Notes: a model not told the origin generated them from the letters alone. A stretch of DNA of 64,000 nucleotides from Candidatus Rariloculaceae bacterium (GCA_045561055.1 JBJKYL010000003.1:9797-73796); one strand, 5' to 3'. Shown: positions 1 to 9,346, numbered from the stretch's first letter. Program-made: numbers and translations.

Positions 1-63
1 AGTAGCGAAGGGATAGCAATGTCGAACGCGCAGATTTAACGTCGCTTAGCGATGAGGTAGTAA

Positions 64-381
64 ATGACATCAACTGGAAGCAAGGATCGGATAGCTCAAA
101 TTGGTACACGAAGCCCTGTATGCCCTAGTGATATCAATATGTCTGCTTTCGTGTCCGTCGCCGTTGTGTGTGTATTAGCGTGCAACGGTGCATTCGCCCA
201 AACTTCGGCGATTGGTATTGTTAAGCGGTCGGCAGGAGTTCTCGGTGGCCTAGAGAAATTTCAGGGTATTCGTAACATCATGCTAAAGGGCTGCGGTCAG
301 TGGGCGCGGCAGCGCTGTACCGATGAACTCGCAAAAGGCAACTACTTCCCCGGCCGCCCCGTCCAGACCGAAAGATTCTGA
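64..381 (+). CDS. hypothetical small exported protein (probable true start ATG 139)
   Basis: ORF only. An internal Met is followed by a signal-peptide-like stretch, MSAFVSVAVVCVLACNGAFA-Q. No family recognised. Confidence 0.3.
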   Translation: MTSTGSKDRIAQIGTRSPVCPSDINMSAFVSVAVVCVLACNGAFAQTSAIGIVKRSAGVLGGLEKFQGIRNIMLKGCGQWARQRCTDELAKGNYFPGRPVQTERF

Positions 382-387
382 AGAAAG

Positions 388-762
388 ATGTCATCACTCG
401 CTCACAACCTCAATCTGATGAATGAGTTCAACATACTTCGTATTATCTGTGGCGCTTTCTTTATTCCGCACATTTACGCTAAATTCTTTGTGCCGGAGGC
501 GCTCGGTTTTTTTGTGGCAGCTGGCTTCAAACCACCGAAGGCATGGATGTATGTCGCCTGTGTGATAGAGGTTGTTCTCACGATCGGATTGATCTTTGGT
601 GTCTTTACCGTTTATGTTGCCGCAGTCGCCGCTATCCATCTTCTTGTAGCAGCAATTGGTGTGTGGAAGGTCACTGGCGGAAAATGGCTATGGAACATTG
701 GTGGCTGCGAATACTGCCTCTTCTGGGCGATATGCTGTGCCGTCGTTGCGATGCATGGATAA
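388..762 (+). CDS. DoxX-like small integral membrane protein
   Basis: 124 aa with about four hydrophobic helices. The pattern R..CGAFF.PH...K ... E..L..GL..G..T ... H matches what I recall for the DoxX family. Confidence 0.5.
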   Translation: MSSLAHNLNLMNEFNILRIICGAFFIPHIYAKFFVPEALGFFVAAGFKPPKAWMYVACVIEVVLTIGLIFGVFTVYVAAVAAIHLLVAAIGVWKVTGGKWLWNIGGCEYCLFWAICCAVVAMHG

Positions 763-813
763 CGGAGTGTCACTTATGATGGTACTCTGGTAGGAAGAGT
801 TATAGGAGTAAAC

Positions 814-1803
814 GTGTTGAAGAATTTCTTGCACGGCGTGTTGAGATGCGCGAGATACGTGGCGTTGGCTATAGTCATCGCTTCCGTTTCGGCTCATGGT
901 CAAACGGTAGATGAGATCCATGCTCAGCTGCGTTTGCTAGGATCTCAAGATGGTAACCCTAGGGTAGCGTCTCAGGATCTTTACCTCGGTCTGCATGAGC
1001 AGATGGATCGCAGCGATGTGGAGGTTACGCGCGATATTCGTTACGGCCCCCATCCTGACCACGTTCTAGATATTTATACTCCGGTTGAGCGTGGCGATGA
1101 GCTTCTTCCTATTGTCGTTTTCGTACATGGTGGCTTGCTGGGTAACGGTGACAAGCTCTCGGGTGGAGCTGAGGAATATGTCTCCGGGAACGTTGCGACA
1201 TTTTTCGCACGGCACGGTTTTATCGGCATAACCGCGAACTATCGTCTCGTGCCCGATATTGTTTGGCCGCAGGGTGCAGAGGACATGCGCGAGATTCTCG
1301 GTTGGTTACGAACAGAAAACGGAGCGGCATTTGGTGGTGATCGCGATGCGATGTTCATGATCGGTCAGTCCGGCGGTGCCCGCCACCTCGCGTCATATTT
1401 GTTTCATAGAACGTCGCAAATGGTTCGCTCGACAGAGCTGCGTGGTGCGGTTTTATTATCGCCGAGACTGGATGTTGGCGATTCGGATACCTTTAAGCAC
1501 TATTACGGAGAGGATCTTGGAGTGCAGGCTCAGAACTCTCCGGTCGGTTTGGTTGAGAGCTTTGACATCAACCGGCCGACTGTACCGATACTCCTGGTGA
1601 CCACTGAGTTTGATGGACCAAATATTCAAGTTCCAGTTGCGGCGTTCTTTGCCGCGACCTGTGAGAAATATCAGGAGTGCCCAAGACTTGTGCAACTGAA
1701 GAATCATAACCGGTTCTCTACAGTATTGAGCTTCGATACGGGAGATGAGACGGTGAGTGGGGTGGTTTTGGATTTTTTCCGCGGAATTTATGATTCCTTA
1801 TAA
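814..1803 (+). CDS. secreted alpha/beta-hydrolase (esterase/lipase, HGG type)
   Basis: GTG start and a signal peptide (ALAIVIASVSAHG). Oxyanion motif VFVHGGLLGNGDK and nucleophile elbow GQSGG. Confidence 0.75.
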   Translation: MLKNFLHGVLRCARYVALAIVIASVSAHGQTVDEIHAQLRLLGSQDGNPRVASQDLYLGLHEQMDRSDVEVTRDIRYGPHPDHVLDIYTPVERGDELLPIVVFVHGGLLGNGDKLSGGAEEYVSGNVATFFARHGFIGITANYRLVPDIVWPQGAEDMREILGWLRTENGAAFGGDRDAMFMIGQSGGARHLASYLFHRTSQMVRSTELRGAVLLSPRLDVGDSDTFKHYYGEDLGVQAQNSPVGLVESFDINRPTVPILLVTTEFDGPNIQVPVAAFFAATCEKYQECPRLVQLKNHNRFSTVLSFDTGDETVSGVVLDFFRGIYDSL

Positions 1804-1823
1804 AAATAGGAAGGAAAAATACG

Positions 1824-2255
1824 ATGAATAAATTTAAGCAACCGCTTATCGGAGGACGTCACATTCTGGCGATTCTTGTCGGCGTGACGTGCGCGGTATC
1901 CGCCGTCGCTCACCATGGTTTCGCCTCCTATTTGGAAGAGGAATACACCCTGACCGGTACGGTAAAAGATATGTATTTTGGTTTCCCTCATCCACAGCTC
2001 ACGATTGAATCTGAAGGACAGACTTGGAATCTGTGGTTGGCGGCATTCGGCCGTGTGAGATTTGTCTGTTTTCACGAAGAACTAGCGGTCGGCGATGAAA
2101 TCGTAGCCGTAGGACATCGTGTGCCAGATCCCTCGCGTTTTGAAATGAAGGCCGAGAATGTTCTTGTGGACAACAAGTTCTATGATTTCTACCCTCCCAA
2201 TAATCCGCTTGGCGGGAACGCGAACCCGATCAGATCCGAGCCTTGCCCAACATGA
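1824..2255 (+). CDS. exported His-His N-terminus protein, short paralog (DUF6152-like domain only)
   Basis: AGGAAGGA Shine-Dalgarno upstream. Signal peptide ends SAVA, followed directly by HHGFASY. Conserved FPHP and GDEIVAVGH blocks are shared with the next two genes. Confidence 0.8.
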   Translation: MNKFKQPLIGGRHILAILVGVTCAVSAVAHHGFASYLEEEYTLTGTVKDMYFGFPHPQLTIESEGQTWNLWLAAFGRVRFVCFHEELAVGDEIVAVGHRVPDPSRFEMKAENVLVDNKFYDFYPPNNPLGGNANPIRSEPCPT

Positions 2256-2302
2256 GTCTGGATGCGGGTTGCAAAGAAAAATTGCCGAGCTCGTCAACGC
2301 CT

Positions 2303-3277
2303 ATGAGATTAGTAAGTTGTTTGCTGTCCCTCGTAATATTGCCGATGGTTGTACATGCCCATCACTCCTTTGCAATTTACGATAGAAGTGTAATCCACGA
2401 AATTGAGGGTGAGCTGGTCGGTGTACGCTGGCGAAATCCACACGTGATGTTCACGGTGCGCACCGAGGACTCCGACGGGCAACTTCAAGACTGGGAGATC
2501 GAAGCGGCGGCAGTCTATGTTGTTGAGAGATCTGGCGTACAGGCGAGTATGTTCGACGGAGTTGGCTATGTGAAGGCAGCCGGGTGGCGCTCTCCAGATC
2601 GTTCGGCAATGCAGGTTACGAACATCTTGCTACCCAATGGAAACGAAATTTTGCTGTCGGGAAGCGCCAGCAACCGTTGGTCGGACGATTTTGTGGGTGG
2701 GCAACTTGATGGTGAGCGAGTGGATCGTGCCGATCGTGACCTGTTTCGCGTCTGGAGCATTGAGAATTTTGGTAGGGGCAATGGGCAACAACAAAGTGAG
2801 GTTCGATTGACCGAAAGGGCTAGGGAAATGCCATCTGTATTCGAACTCGACATCTGTCAGCCACAGGGAATGCCTGCGATCATGCAGAATCCTCTCCCTA
2901 TCGAGTTTATCGATAAGGGAGCGATTATCGAGCTCCGCCTTAACACATTCGGTGTATTACGGACTATCCATATGAGCGACGAACCGCGTACCGAAGCGAT
3001 ACCTCTCTCTGATCTGGGCTACTCGGTTGGCCGGCGCGTGGGTGATACGCTGGAAGTTCTAACGACACGGGTGGGCTGGCCTTATTTTGACGACAATGGC
3101 ACGCCACAAACCGAAAATATTGTGATAACGGAACGTTTCTCACTAGTCGATGACAAGTCTCGGTTGAATTATAGTCAGACGGTCACCGATCCCGAATCAT
3201 TTCTGGAACCGGTGATTTTTAGTGGTTATTGGGCCGATATCGGCGAAGAGCAGGTCGGGTTTACTGGATGCGACTGA
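2303..3277 (+). CDS. exported His-His N-terminus protein, long paralog 1
   Basis: The ORF track starts at 2243 (TTG). MRLVSCLLSLVILPMVVHA reads as a clean signal peptide from ATG 2303 and is followed by HHSFAIYD. It has WRNPHV and a C-terminal extension homologous to that of 3371-4390. Confidence 0.8.
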   Translation: MRLVSCLLSLVILPMVVHAHHSFAIYDRSVIHEIEGELVGVRWRNPHVMFTVRTEDSDGQLQDWEIEAAAVYVVERSGVQASMFDGVGYVKAAGWRSPDRSAMQVTNILLPNGNEILLSGSASNRWSDDFVGGQLDGERVDRADRDLFRVWSIENFGRGNGQQQSEVRLTERAREMPSVFELDICQPQGMPAIMQNPLPIEFIDKGAIIELRLNTFGVLRTIHMSDEPRTEAIPLSDLGYSVGRRVGDTLEVLTTRVGWPYFDDNGTPQTENIVITERFSLVDDKSRLNYSQTVTDPESFLEPVIFSGYWADIGEEQVGFTGCD

Positions 3278-3370
3278 ATGATGTCCGCGTTGAATTCTGA
3301 TCTTGTTCACGAATCCGAGTATCGAGGGATGGACATCGATAAAATTTAGTTCCCGCAGAGGAAGACTATC

Positions 3371-4390
3371 ATGAGATCGGCTCTTGATCGGTTTGGATTT
3401 TCGAGCGCGCTATTCTTAATCACCTTACCCGTGGTAGCGCATCATAGTCGGGCCATATTTGATAGGGAGCGTGTCGTTACGATAGAGGGTGTTGTGACAC
3501 AGTTCGAATGGGCCAATCCCCATGTCACTGTCTTTGTCGAAACGAAGACCGACTCGGGCGATACAGTAGTCTGGGCATTCGAGGGTGGTGCGACGACTTA
3601 CCAGAGAGGCAGAGGCTGGTCAAGCGACATGCTTGCTACGGGGGACCATGTCATCGCCGCGGGTCATCCTTTGAAGACTATCGGAGCAACGACTGCAGAT
3701 GTTGTTTCGATCCGAAAAGCAGGTGTCACGGTGGTCGACAACGGTGTTGCTACGTCAGCGCTCGAGGGGCCCGGGCTCGCATCGTTTGGGACCGATGGCC
3801 TATCCGGAATTTGGTATATTCCTCAGAACCCGTCTCATACACAATTTTCTACCCCTTCTTCTTATCCGTGGTCTTTGACATCCAAAGGTACTGGAGATCT
3901 CGCGGCGTATGATGACCGGACCATGAATCCACAAAATAGATGCGGGGTCCGTACGGCTCCATGGCTTATGACATGGGGCGTATACAGCATCGAGGTGAGC
4001 GATCGCTTGATTTCTATTCGCACTGAATTCGATACTGTTGAGCGAACTGTTTATATGGACGTTACTTCACATGATGGTGCTGCGATCACGACTCAGGGCC
4101 ATTCGATCGGTCGGTGGGAAGACGAGGTTCTGGTTGTTGACACGACGCATTTCGCAGACCACCGTATCGGCAATGCTCGGGGTGTGTCGTCGGGCTCACA
4201 AAAACATCTCGTCGAACGCTTTGAATTGAACCCCGATGGAACAGGTCTAACTTATCGCTTCGAGCTCGAGGATCCGGAGTACTTGTCCGCCCTTGTCACT
4301 GGCGAGCTGCAGTCGGCGTATCGACCAGATCTTGGATTCGAGCCGATAGACTGTAACTTGGAGATTGCGCGCCGGTTTCTAGAAGATTGA
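3371..4390 (+). CDS. exported His-His N-terminus protein, long paralog 2
   Basis: GAGGAAG Shine-Dalgarno upstream. Signal peptide ends LPVVA, followed by HHSRAIFD. It has WANPHV and C-terminal blocks GHSIGRW, LVERFEL and EDPE that match the 2303-3277 protein. Confidence 0.85.
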   Translation: MRSALDRFGFSSALFLITLPVVAHHSRAIFDRERVVTIEGVVTQFEWANPHVTVFVETKTDSGDTVVWAFEGGATTYQRGRGWSSDMLATGDHVIAAGHPLKTIGATTADVVSIRKAGVTVVDNGVATSALEGPGLASFGTDGLSGIWYIPQNPSHTQFSTPSSYPWSLTSKGTGDLAAYDDRTMNPQNRCGVRTAPWLMTWGVYSIEVSDRLISIRTEFDTVERTVYMDVTSHDGAAITTQGHSIGRWEDEVLVVDTTHFADHRIGNARGVSSGSQKHLVERFELNPDGTGLTYRFELEDPEYLSALVTGELQSAYRPDLGFEPIDCNLEIARRFLED

Positions 4391-4472
4391 TTAAATGTCC
4401 GCTTTTGGTCGAAAGAAACTGTCGGTTAATGGTTAATATGTAGGCTAGTGCACATCTGAGGAACGATCGAAG

Positions 4473-4808
4473 ATGATGAGGTGTACGTTAGTGATCGCCA
4501 TGGCCGCCATCATCCTGGCGGATGCTGTTTCCGCGCAGCCACAGAGCCCAAGTTGTGGCAGATTCGAGGTTCTAGAAGACACGATGGTTGAGACGCGCCT
4601 TTTTCGGAAAGGTACCTACGTTATTCACTCAATCGGTGTTCCATGCGAAGAAGTACTAGGAGCAGACGGGCTCTTCGCAAGGTTTCTCGGTCTTGGAGAC
4701 GATGCACCGTTGCCCGAGCCGTGGAAATCTCTCACCGAAGCGGTGGGAGCGCCGAAGTTTGCTACTAGCGCCGGATACGGTTTCCGCGCTCAGCGAATAT
4801 CGGACTGA
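4473..4808 (+). CDS. hypothetical exported protein
   Basis: GAGGA Shine-Dalgarno upstream. Signal peptide MMRCTLVIAMAAIILADAVSA-Q. Two Cys in the mature part. No family recognised. Confidence 0.55.
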   Translation: MMRCTLVIAMAAIILADAVSAQPQSPSCGRFEVLEDTMVETRLFRKGTYVIHSIGVPCEEVLGADGLFARFLGLGDDAPLPEPWKSLTEAVGAPKFATSAGYGFRAQRISD

Positions 4809-4849
4809 ACTATGACCGCTTATGGCTAAAAGTAGCGGTTAGTCAACAA

Positions 4850-5812
4850 TTAAAAAGACAACGGACGAGGTTTCACTGCAATATATCGGCTGCTGTATGC
4901 CACGATGTCAGTAACGATTATTTCTATCCCCTCTTCTGTCATTCCATCTCTCCCGTGCAAATACCCATGACCATATCCTGGGTAGTTTATTTCTTTTATC
5001 AGCTTGTTATGTTTTGTAAGTGCAGGAATTAGTAGCTCAGCATTCACTCGGTTGACCGGATGCACATCACTATGGATTAACATGACGGGAGGCGATATAC
5101 GCTGCACTTTGTTTTCAAGAATGATTTGTTTTTCACTGTTGTGATATTTTTCAAAATTAATGCCCACGTCCATGTTAGGCGTGTAGGGATCTCGCGGGAC
5201 GTTAGGGTCAGGATCAGGGAATAGTTCAGCTAGCAATGTTGTAGCAGGCTCACTAACGATGACCGCTGTCGGCGCTTCCGGTCGACCGGCAAGCTCTAAT
5301 GTCAATCGCCCGCCTGAACTATGTCCCAGCATAATAATACTATTTGGATCAATACGAGGTGATATGCGTAATTCTTCAAGGATGGCCGCTAAATCCTCAA
5401 CCGGCCCTAGGTTATCTGCTTCAAATTGCTCATGGCTTCTGAAAGATGCTAAGACTACCCCGAATCCAGCGGCTAGTAACCGGGTAATCGATGGATCATT
5501 GAGCGACTGGTCAATCCGGTTTTCAAGGGGTTGGTACCTATGGCCCCCATGCACGAAAACAATGACCGGGAAAAGACCTTCACCTACAGGAATACGTTGA
5601 ACAATTTCCACTGTATGTTGATCATGGACTGTAATGACAGAAGTCGTAACCGGCGCGATTTCTTCCGGCACATCTATGCCCGAAATCATGGGGCCTCTTG
5701 ACCTATTGCGAATAGGCTCGTCAATTCCGGTAGTTTGGGCAAAAGTAGGTGCTGATGAAATTGAAAGGATGGCTAAACTGCAGGCAATGCCAGTTAACTG
5801 AAACTTCTTCAT
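4850..5812 (-). CDS. secreted alpha/beta-hydrolase (dienelactone hydrolase / S9-like serine hydrolase)
   Basis: Signal peptide (ILSISSAPTFAQ). Motifs VIVFVHGG, nucleophile elbow GHSSGG, and a C-terminal GYGHGY histidine motif. Confidence 0.7.
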   Translation of the reverse strand: MKKFQLTGIACSLAILSISSAPTFAQTTGIDEPIRNRSRGPMISGIDVPEEIAPVTTSVITVHDQHTVEIVQRIPVGEGLFPVIVFVHGGHRYQPLENRIDQSLNDPSITRLLAAGFGVVLASFRSHEQFEADNLGPVEDLAAILEELRISPRIDPNSIIMLGHSSGGRLTLELAGRPEAPTAVIVSEPATTLLAELFPDPDPNVPRDPYTPNMDVGINFEKYHNSEKQIILENKVQRISPPVMLIHSDVHPVNRVNAELLIPALTKHNKLIKEINYPGYGHGYLHGRDGMTEEGIEIIVTDIVAYSSRYIAVKPRPLSF

Positions 5813-5958
5813 AATTTTGGCACCTAATAAATTTCTTCTCTGTTAATCGTTACCCACCTCAATTTCAAGCGTGACAACTAATCCAGGAGTTCGATGCTCG
5901 TAGTAAGAACGCTGAAGAAGGTTATCAAATTTTTTAATCAGTTATATAAGTTGAGTAA

Positions 5959-6049
5959 TGGCGGAGGGAGTGGGATTCGAACCCACGGACGGGACGAGCC
6001 CGTCACTTGATTTCGAATCAAGCCCGTTCGACCACTCCGGCATCCCTCC
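5959..6049 (-). tRNA. tRNA-Ser (anticodon CGA)
   Basis: The reverse complement reads GGAGGGA...TCCCTCC-G-CCA. It has anticodon stem-loop CTTGA-TTCGAAA-TCAAG, a long variable arm and a GGTTCGAATCC T-loop. Confidence 0.9.
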
Positions 6050-6148
6050 GCCGGCGAATCTAGCAGGTCACTAGGTGGTCGGCAACAAAGAGACGATTTC
6101 TTTCAGTGGGATCGGGGCTATAACTATCGCTGCCCGTTTCCGGCCCAT

Positions 6149-6535
6149 CTATCGGCTCAAAGTCGTCGCACCTTGATATCCGAGCCAGACTGCGATGAGA
6201 CATAGGAAAACGGATAAGAAGATATTAGCGCTAGCGAATAACCAGTCGCCATTCCTAACCAGATTCAGCGTCTGTAAGCTAAACGAAGAAAATGTCGTAT
6301 AGCCGCCGCAAACGCCGATCATTAGCAGTGCCCGTGCGTCTGGGGAAATAAGAGCGCGGCCATCAGGAGAGACGAGTCCGGCAAGGATCCCAATAGCCAG
6401 CGAACCCAAAACGTTCACGACGATCGTGCCCCATGGTAGAGCTTCACCGAAGTGCCGAGAAATAATGTTAGCGCACCAATAGCGTCCAATACCTCCAAGC
6501 GCGCTACCAAGCCCAATCCATATATAGGTCAACAC
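6149..6535 (-). CDS. crcB: fluoride ion channel CrcB/Fluc
   Basis: 128 aa with four TM helices. Motifs GGIGRYW and GGYTTFSSF. GTG start. Confidence 0.9.
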   Translation of the reverse strand: MLTYIWIGLGSALGGIGRYWCANIISRHFGEALPWGTIVVNVLGSLAIGILAGLVSPDGRALISPDARALLMIGVCGGYTTFSSFSLQTLNLVRNGDWLFASANIFLSVFLCLIAVWLGYQGATTLSR

Positions 6536-6663
6536 GCTACCATCCTTCCGGGAATGCCCTCCTCTTGATTTTCGAAGTTATAGCTATAGTAACGTGCAGT
6601 TGTATCCAGAACCATGCGACTATCGACTACGGAGGAGTAGATTCGGGCATTTAAGGTTGAGAG

Positions 6664-8082
6664 ATGACAGCTAATAGAGATACCGCGCTCGCAGAAATTG
6701 CCAAGATCGTAGGACCAAGTGGTATTGTTGATCCAACGGACGCGGAGGCATTGCTCTTAGATGAGCGAGCCCTTTTTCGTGGCGAGGCGGCGCTCATCGT
6801 ACGCCCAGCTTCTACTACTGAGTGCTCTGATGTGATGAAGGTTTGCAGTAGAGCATCGATCGGTGTTGTTCCGCAGGGAGGTAATACTGGTTATTGTGGT
6901 GGCGCAACACCATTCGATTCATCGAATCAGATTCTGCTGAATCTCTCGCGCATGAACCGCATTCGGGAGGTTGATTCCGTTGATTTCACTATGACCGTTG
7001 AAGCCGGGCTAGTGTTAAGGAATGTGCAGTTACTGGCTGAGGAGCAGGGACTCTTCTTCCCCTTGAGCCTAGGATCCGAAGGCTCTTGTCAGATCGGGGG
7101 CAATCTTGCGACAAATGCCGGTGGTCTGGCCGTTCTTCGGTACGGGTCAGCTCGTGACCTTGTGTTAGGCCTCGAGGTTGTCCTGCCGAGCGGCGAGGTC
7201 TTGTCAAACCTGAAGGGGCTGCGCAAGGACAACACGGGTTACAATCTCAACGGAATATTTCTTGGTGCGGAAGGCACGTTAGGGATTATTACCGCAGCAG
7301 TTCTAAAGCTATTCGCAGCGCCCCGTAGTCGTCAATCGGCTTGGGTTGCCGTACGCGATATTGGGGCAGCGTGCAGCCTTCTTGCCCGGGCACGCCGCGA
7401 GAGTTGCGATCAGGTTTTATCTGCGGAGTACATTTCTCGAGCCTCGCTGAATCTTGTTTTTGAGAATCTGGTCGAATGCCGTGATCCACTGGAGTCGTCC
7501 TATAATCACTACGTCTTGCTCGAACTCGCGTCCGCTGAGGCTGATTTTGCGCTGCGCGCGGTGCTGGAGCGTATTCTCGAGACGGCTCTTGAGGACGGTG
7601 AGATAGAGGATGGCGTAATCGCGAATTCGGGGCGACAGCGTGATGCGTTCTGGGCCCTTCGTGAAGGTATTCCGGAAGCCGAAAAACGCAGCGGACGGTC
7701 TGTAAAACACGACATCTCAGTTAGAGTGTCTCAGATTCCGGCATTTATTAAGGAGGCTGAAGGGATGCTGGAAAATTTGCCGCCGCATTGTGTATCCGTA
7801 TTTGGTCATATCGGTGACGGTAACCTCCATTATAATTTGCTCCCTCCTAAAGGAGCGGATGTACAAGCATTTGCTGATGGTCCTGCCCAAGAGATAACTA
7901 GCGCGATCTACAATCTTGTGGACCGGTTAGGTGGAAGTTTCAGTGCTGAGCATGGCGTCGGGATTCTTAAACGGGGTGAGCTCGAGCTCTTCACTCCAAC
8001 GGTAGCGCTCGAGTTGATGCTTTCGTTAAAAAACACCCTAGATCCAAAGGGGATAATGAATCCTGGCAAGATATTTAGTTGA
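6664..8082 (+). CDS. FAD-linked oxidase, GlcD / D-2-hydroxyacid dehydrogenase-like
   Basis: 472 aa. FAD-binding PCMH-type N-terminus (VVPQGGNTGYCGGA) and a C-terminal SAEHGVGILK...LDPKGIMNPGKIF. Confidence 0.85.
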   Translation: MTANRDTALAEIAKIVGPSGIVDPTDAEALLLDERALFRGEAALIVRPASTTECSDVMKVCSRASIGVVPQGGNTGYCGGATPFDSSNQILLNLSRMNRIREVDSVDFTMTVEAGLVLRNVQLLAEEQGLFFPLSLGSEGSCQIGGNLATNAGGLAVLRYGSARDLVLGLEVVLPSGEVLSNLKGLRKDNTGYNLNGIFLGAEGTLGIITAAVLKLFAAPRSRQSAWVAVRDIGAACSLLARARRESCDQVLSAEYISRASLNLVFENLVECRDPLESSYNHYVLLELASAEADFALRAVLERILETALEDGEIEDGVIANSGRQRDAFWALREGIPEAEKRSGRSVKHDISVRVSQIPAFIKEAEGMLENLPPHCVSVFGHIGDGNLHYNLLPPKGADVQAFADGPAQEITSAIYNLVDRLGGSFSAEHGVGILKRGELELFTPTVALELMLSLKNTLDPKGIMNPGKIFS

Positions 8083-8217
8083 AAGAAGTCTGGGCGAAAA
8101 ACAAAGCGTTGATCAGTATCCGAACAAGCACCGCATAGTCATGGTTTATTGGCTACCGTCGCACGAGATCATCCTATGCTAAGCTTGCTCGCCTTTGTTC
8201 AAGACACAGGGTAGTGG

Positions 8218-8571
8218 ATGAGCACCCAGCCGATTTATAAAGTGATTTTCATGAACCAGGGAAAGGTTTTTGAGATTTACGCGCGGAGCGTAGGACATGG
8301 CTCGCTTTTCGGATTCGTAGAGGTTGAGGAGTTGATCTTCGGGGCGCGTTCGACGGTCGTCGTTGACCCGTCCGAGGAACGCATTCAGAGTGAATTCTCT
8401 GGTGTCAGTCGAACCTATCTTCCATTGCACTCCATCGTACGGATTGATGAAGTTGAAAAACAGGGTGTGAGTAAGGTGACGTCCGCAGAGGGCAGTAACG
8501 TGGCGCAATTTCCTATGCAGATGTACCCGCCATCTGGTGAAGGTGGTAAAGGCGGTTCAGGGGACAAGTGA
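8218..8571 (+). CDS. DUF1820-like conserved hypothetical protein
   Basis: The N-terminus IYKVIFMNQGKVFEIYAR...VEVEELIFG...VDPSEE...PLHSIVRIDEV matches my memory of DUF1820 proteins. Confidence 0.55.
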   Translation: MSTQPIYKVIFMNQGKVFEIYARSVGHGSLFGFVEVEELIFGARSTVVVDPSEERIQSEFSGVSRTYLPLHSIVRIDEVEKQGVSKVTSAEGSNVAQFPMQMYPPSGEGGKGGSGDK

Positions 8572-8575
8572 TTAC

Positions 8576-9343
8576 GTGACGCTTCGATTTGCGTCCTTAG
8601 GCAGTGGTAGCCGTGGTAACTCACTGCTCATAGAGCTTAATGAAACGCTCCTTATGGTTGACTGCGGCTTGAGTCTGAAAGCCGTTGAGGAGCGGTTGTC
8701 TATTTTGGGAAGAACTCCGCTCGACGTAACCGCGCTCTTGGTGACCCATGAGCATGCGGATCACATCCAAGGAGTCGCTCGGTTTGCGCGTCGTTATAAC
8801 ACGCCTGTTTGGATGACACCTGGCACGGCTTCTACCAAGGCGACGAAAGGGATATCGCGGACCCATTCGCTCAACTGTCATCGCGAGTTCAAAATTGGAG
8901 AGATTGCCGTGCAGCCTTTTCCAGTGCCCCACGACGCCCGAGAGCCATGCCAGTTCGCTTTTACCGGTGCGGGTCGTCGGCTTGGTGTGCTCACCGATAC
9001 GGGGCATATCACGTCGCATATTGTAGACCGGTTGACCGGCTGTGACGCGGTTGCGTTAGAGGCTAATCATGATCCAGAAGCATTACGTCGCGGACCGTAT
9101 CCCGACTCCGTAAAACAACGCGTCGCGTCGTCTTTGGGTCATCTGAACAACTCACAGGCTGCGGAACTTGTTGAGATAGTGGGGCACTCGGAGCTGCAAT
9201 GGGTTGTTGCTCTGCATATAAGTAAACAAAATAATTCGAGCGATGCTGTTCGCCAGGCTTTGACTCCAATGCTAACGCGGAACGAGCAGTCCTTGTATTT
9301 GGCTGAGCAAGACACCCCGAGCCAATGGTTGGAGATTGTCTGA
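8576..9343 (+). CDS. MBL-fold metallo-hydrolase
   Basis: Motifs LRFASLGSGSRGNS and HEHADH. The ORF track start at 8537 overlaps the upstream gene, so GTG 8576 is more plausible. Confidence 0.8.
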   Translation: MTLRFASLGSGSRGNSLLIELNETLLMVDCGLSLKAVEERLSILGRTPLDVTALLVTHEHADHIQGVARFARRYNTPVWMTPGTASTKATKGISRTHSLNCHREFKIGEIAVQPFPVPHDAREPCQFAFTGAGRRLGVLTDTGHITSHIVDRLTGCDAVALEANHDPEALRRGPYPDSVKQRVASSLGHLNNSQAAELVEIVGHSELQWVVALHISKQNNSSDAVRQALTPMLTRNEQSLYLAEQDTPSQWLEIV

Positions 9344-9346
9344 GTC

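Noticed and set aside
4815-4839. Hairpin ACCGCT-N13-AGCGGT between the convergent genes 4473-4808 and 4850-5812
   Set aside because: It has only a 6-bp stem with a 13-nt loop and no flanking U/A tracts, which is too weak to annotate as a bidirectional terminator.
6536-6663. Possible fluoride (crcB-motif) riboswitch in the leader of crcB
   Set aside because: I read the minus-strand leader (…AAGAGGAGGGCATTCCCGGAAGGATGGTAGC-GTG). It lacks the remembered GGnGAUGnnnnnCnCC…CUGAUG…CUAC core. The only resemblance is a purine-rich Shine-Dalgarno region. A covariance-model scan (Rfam RF01734) would settle it.
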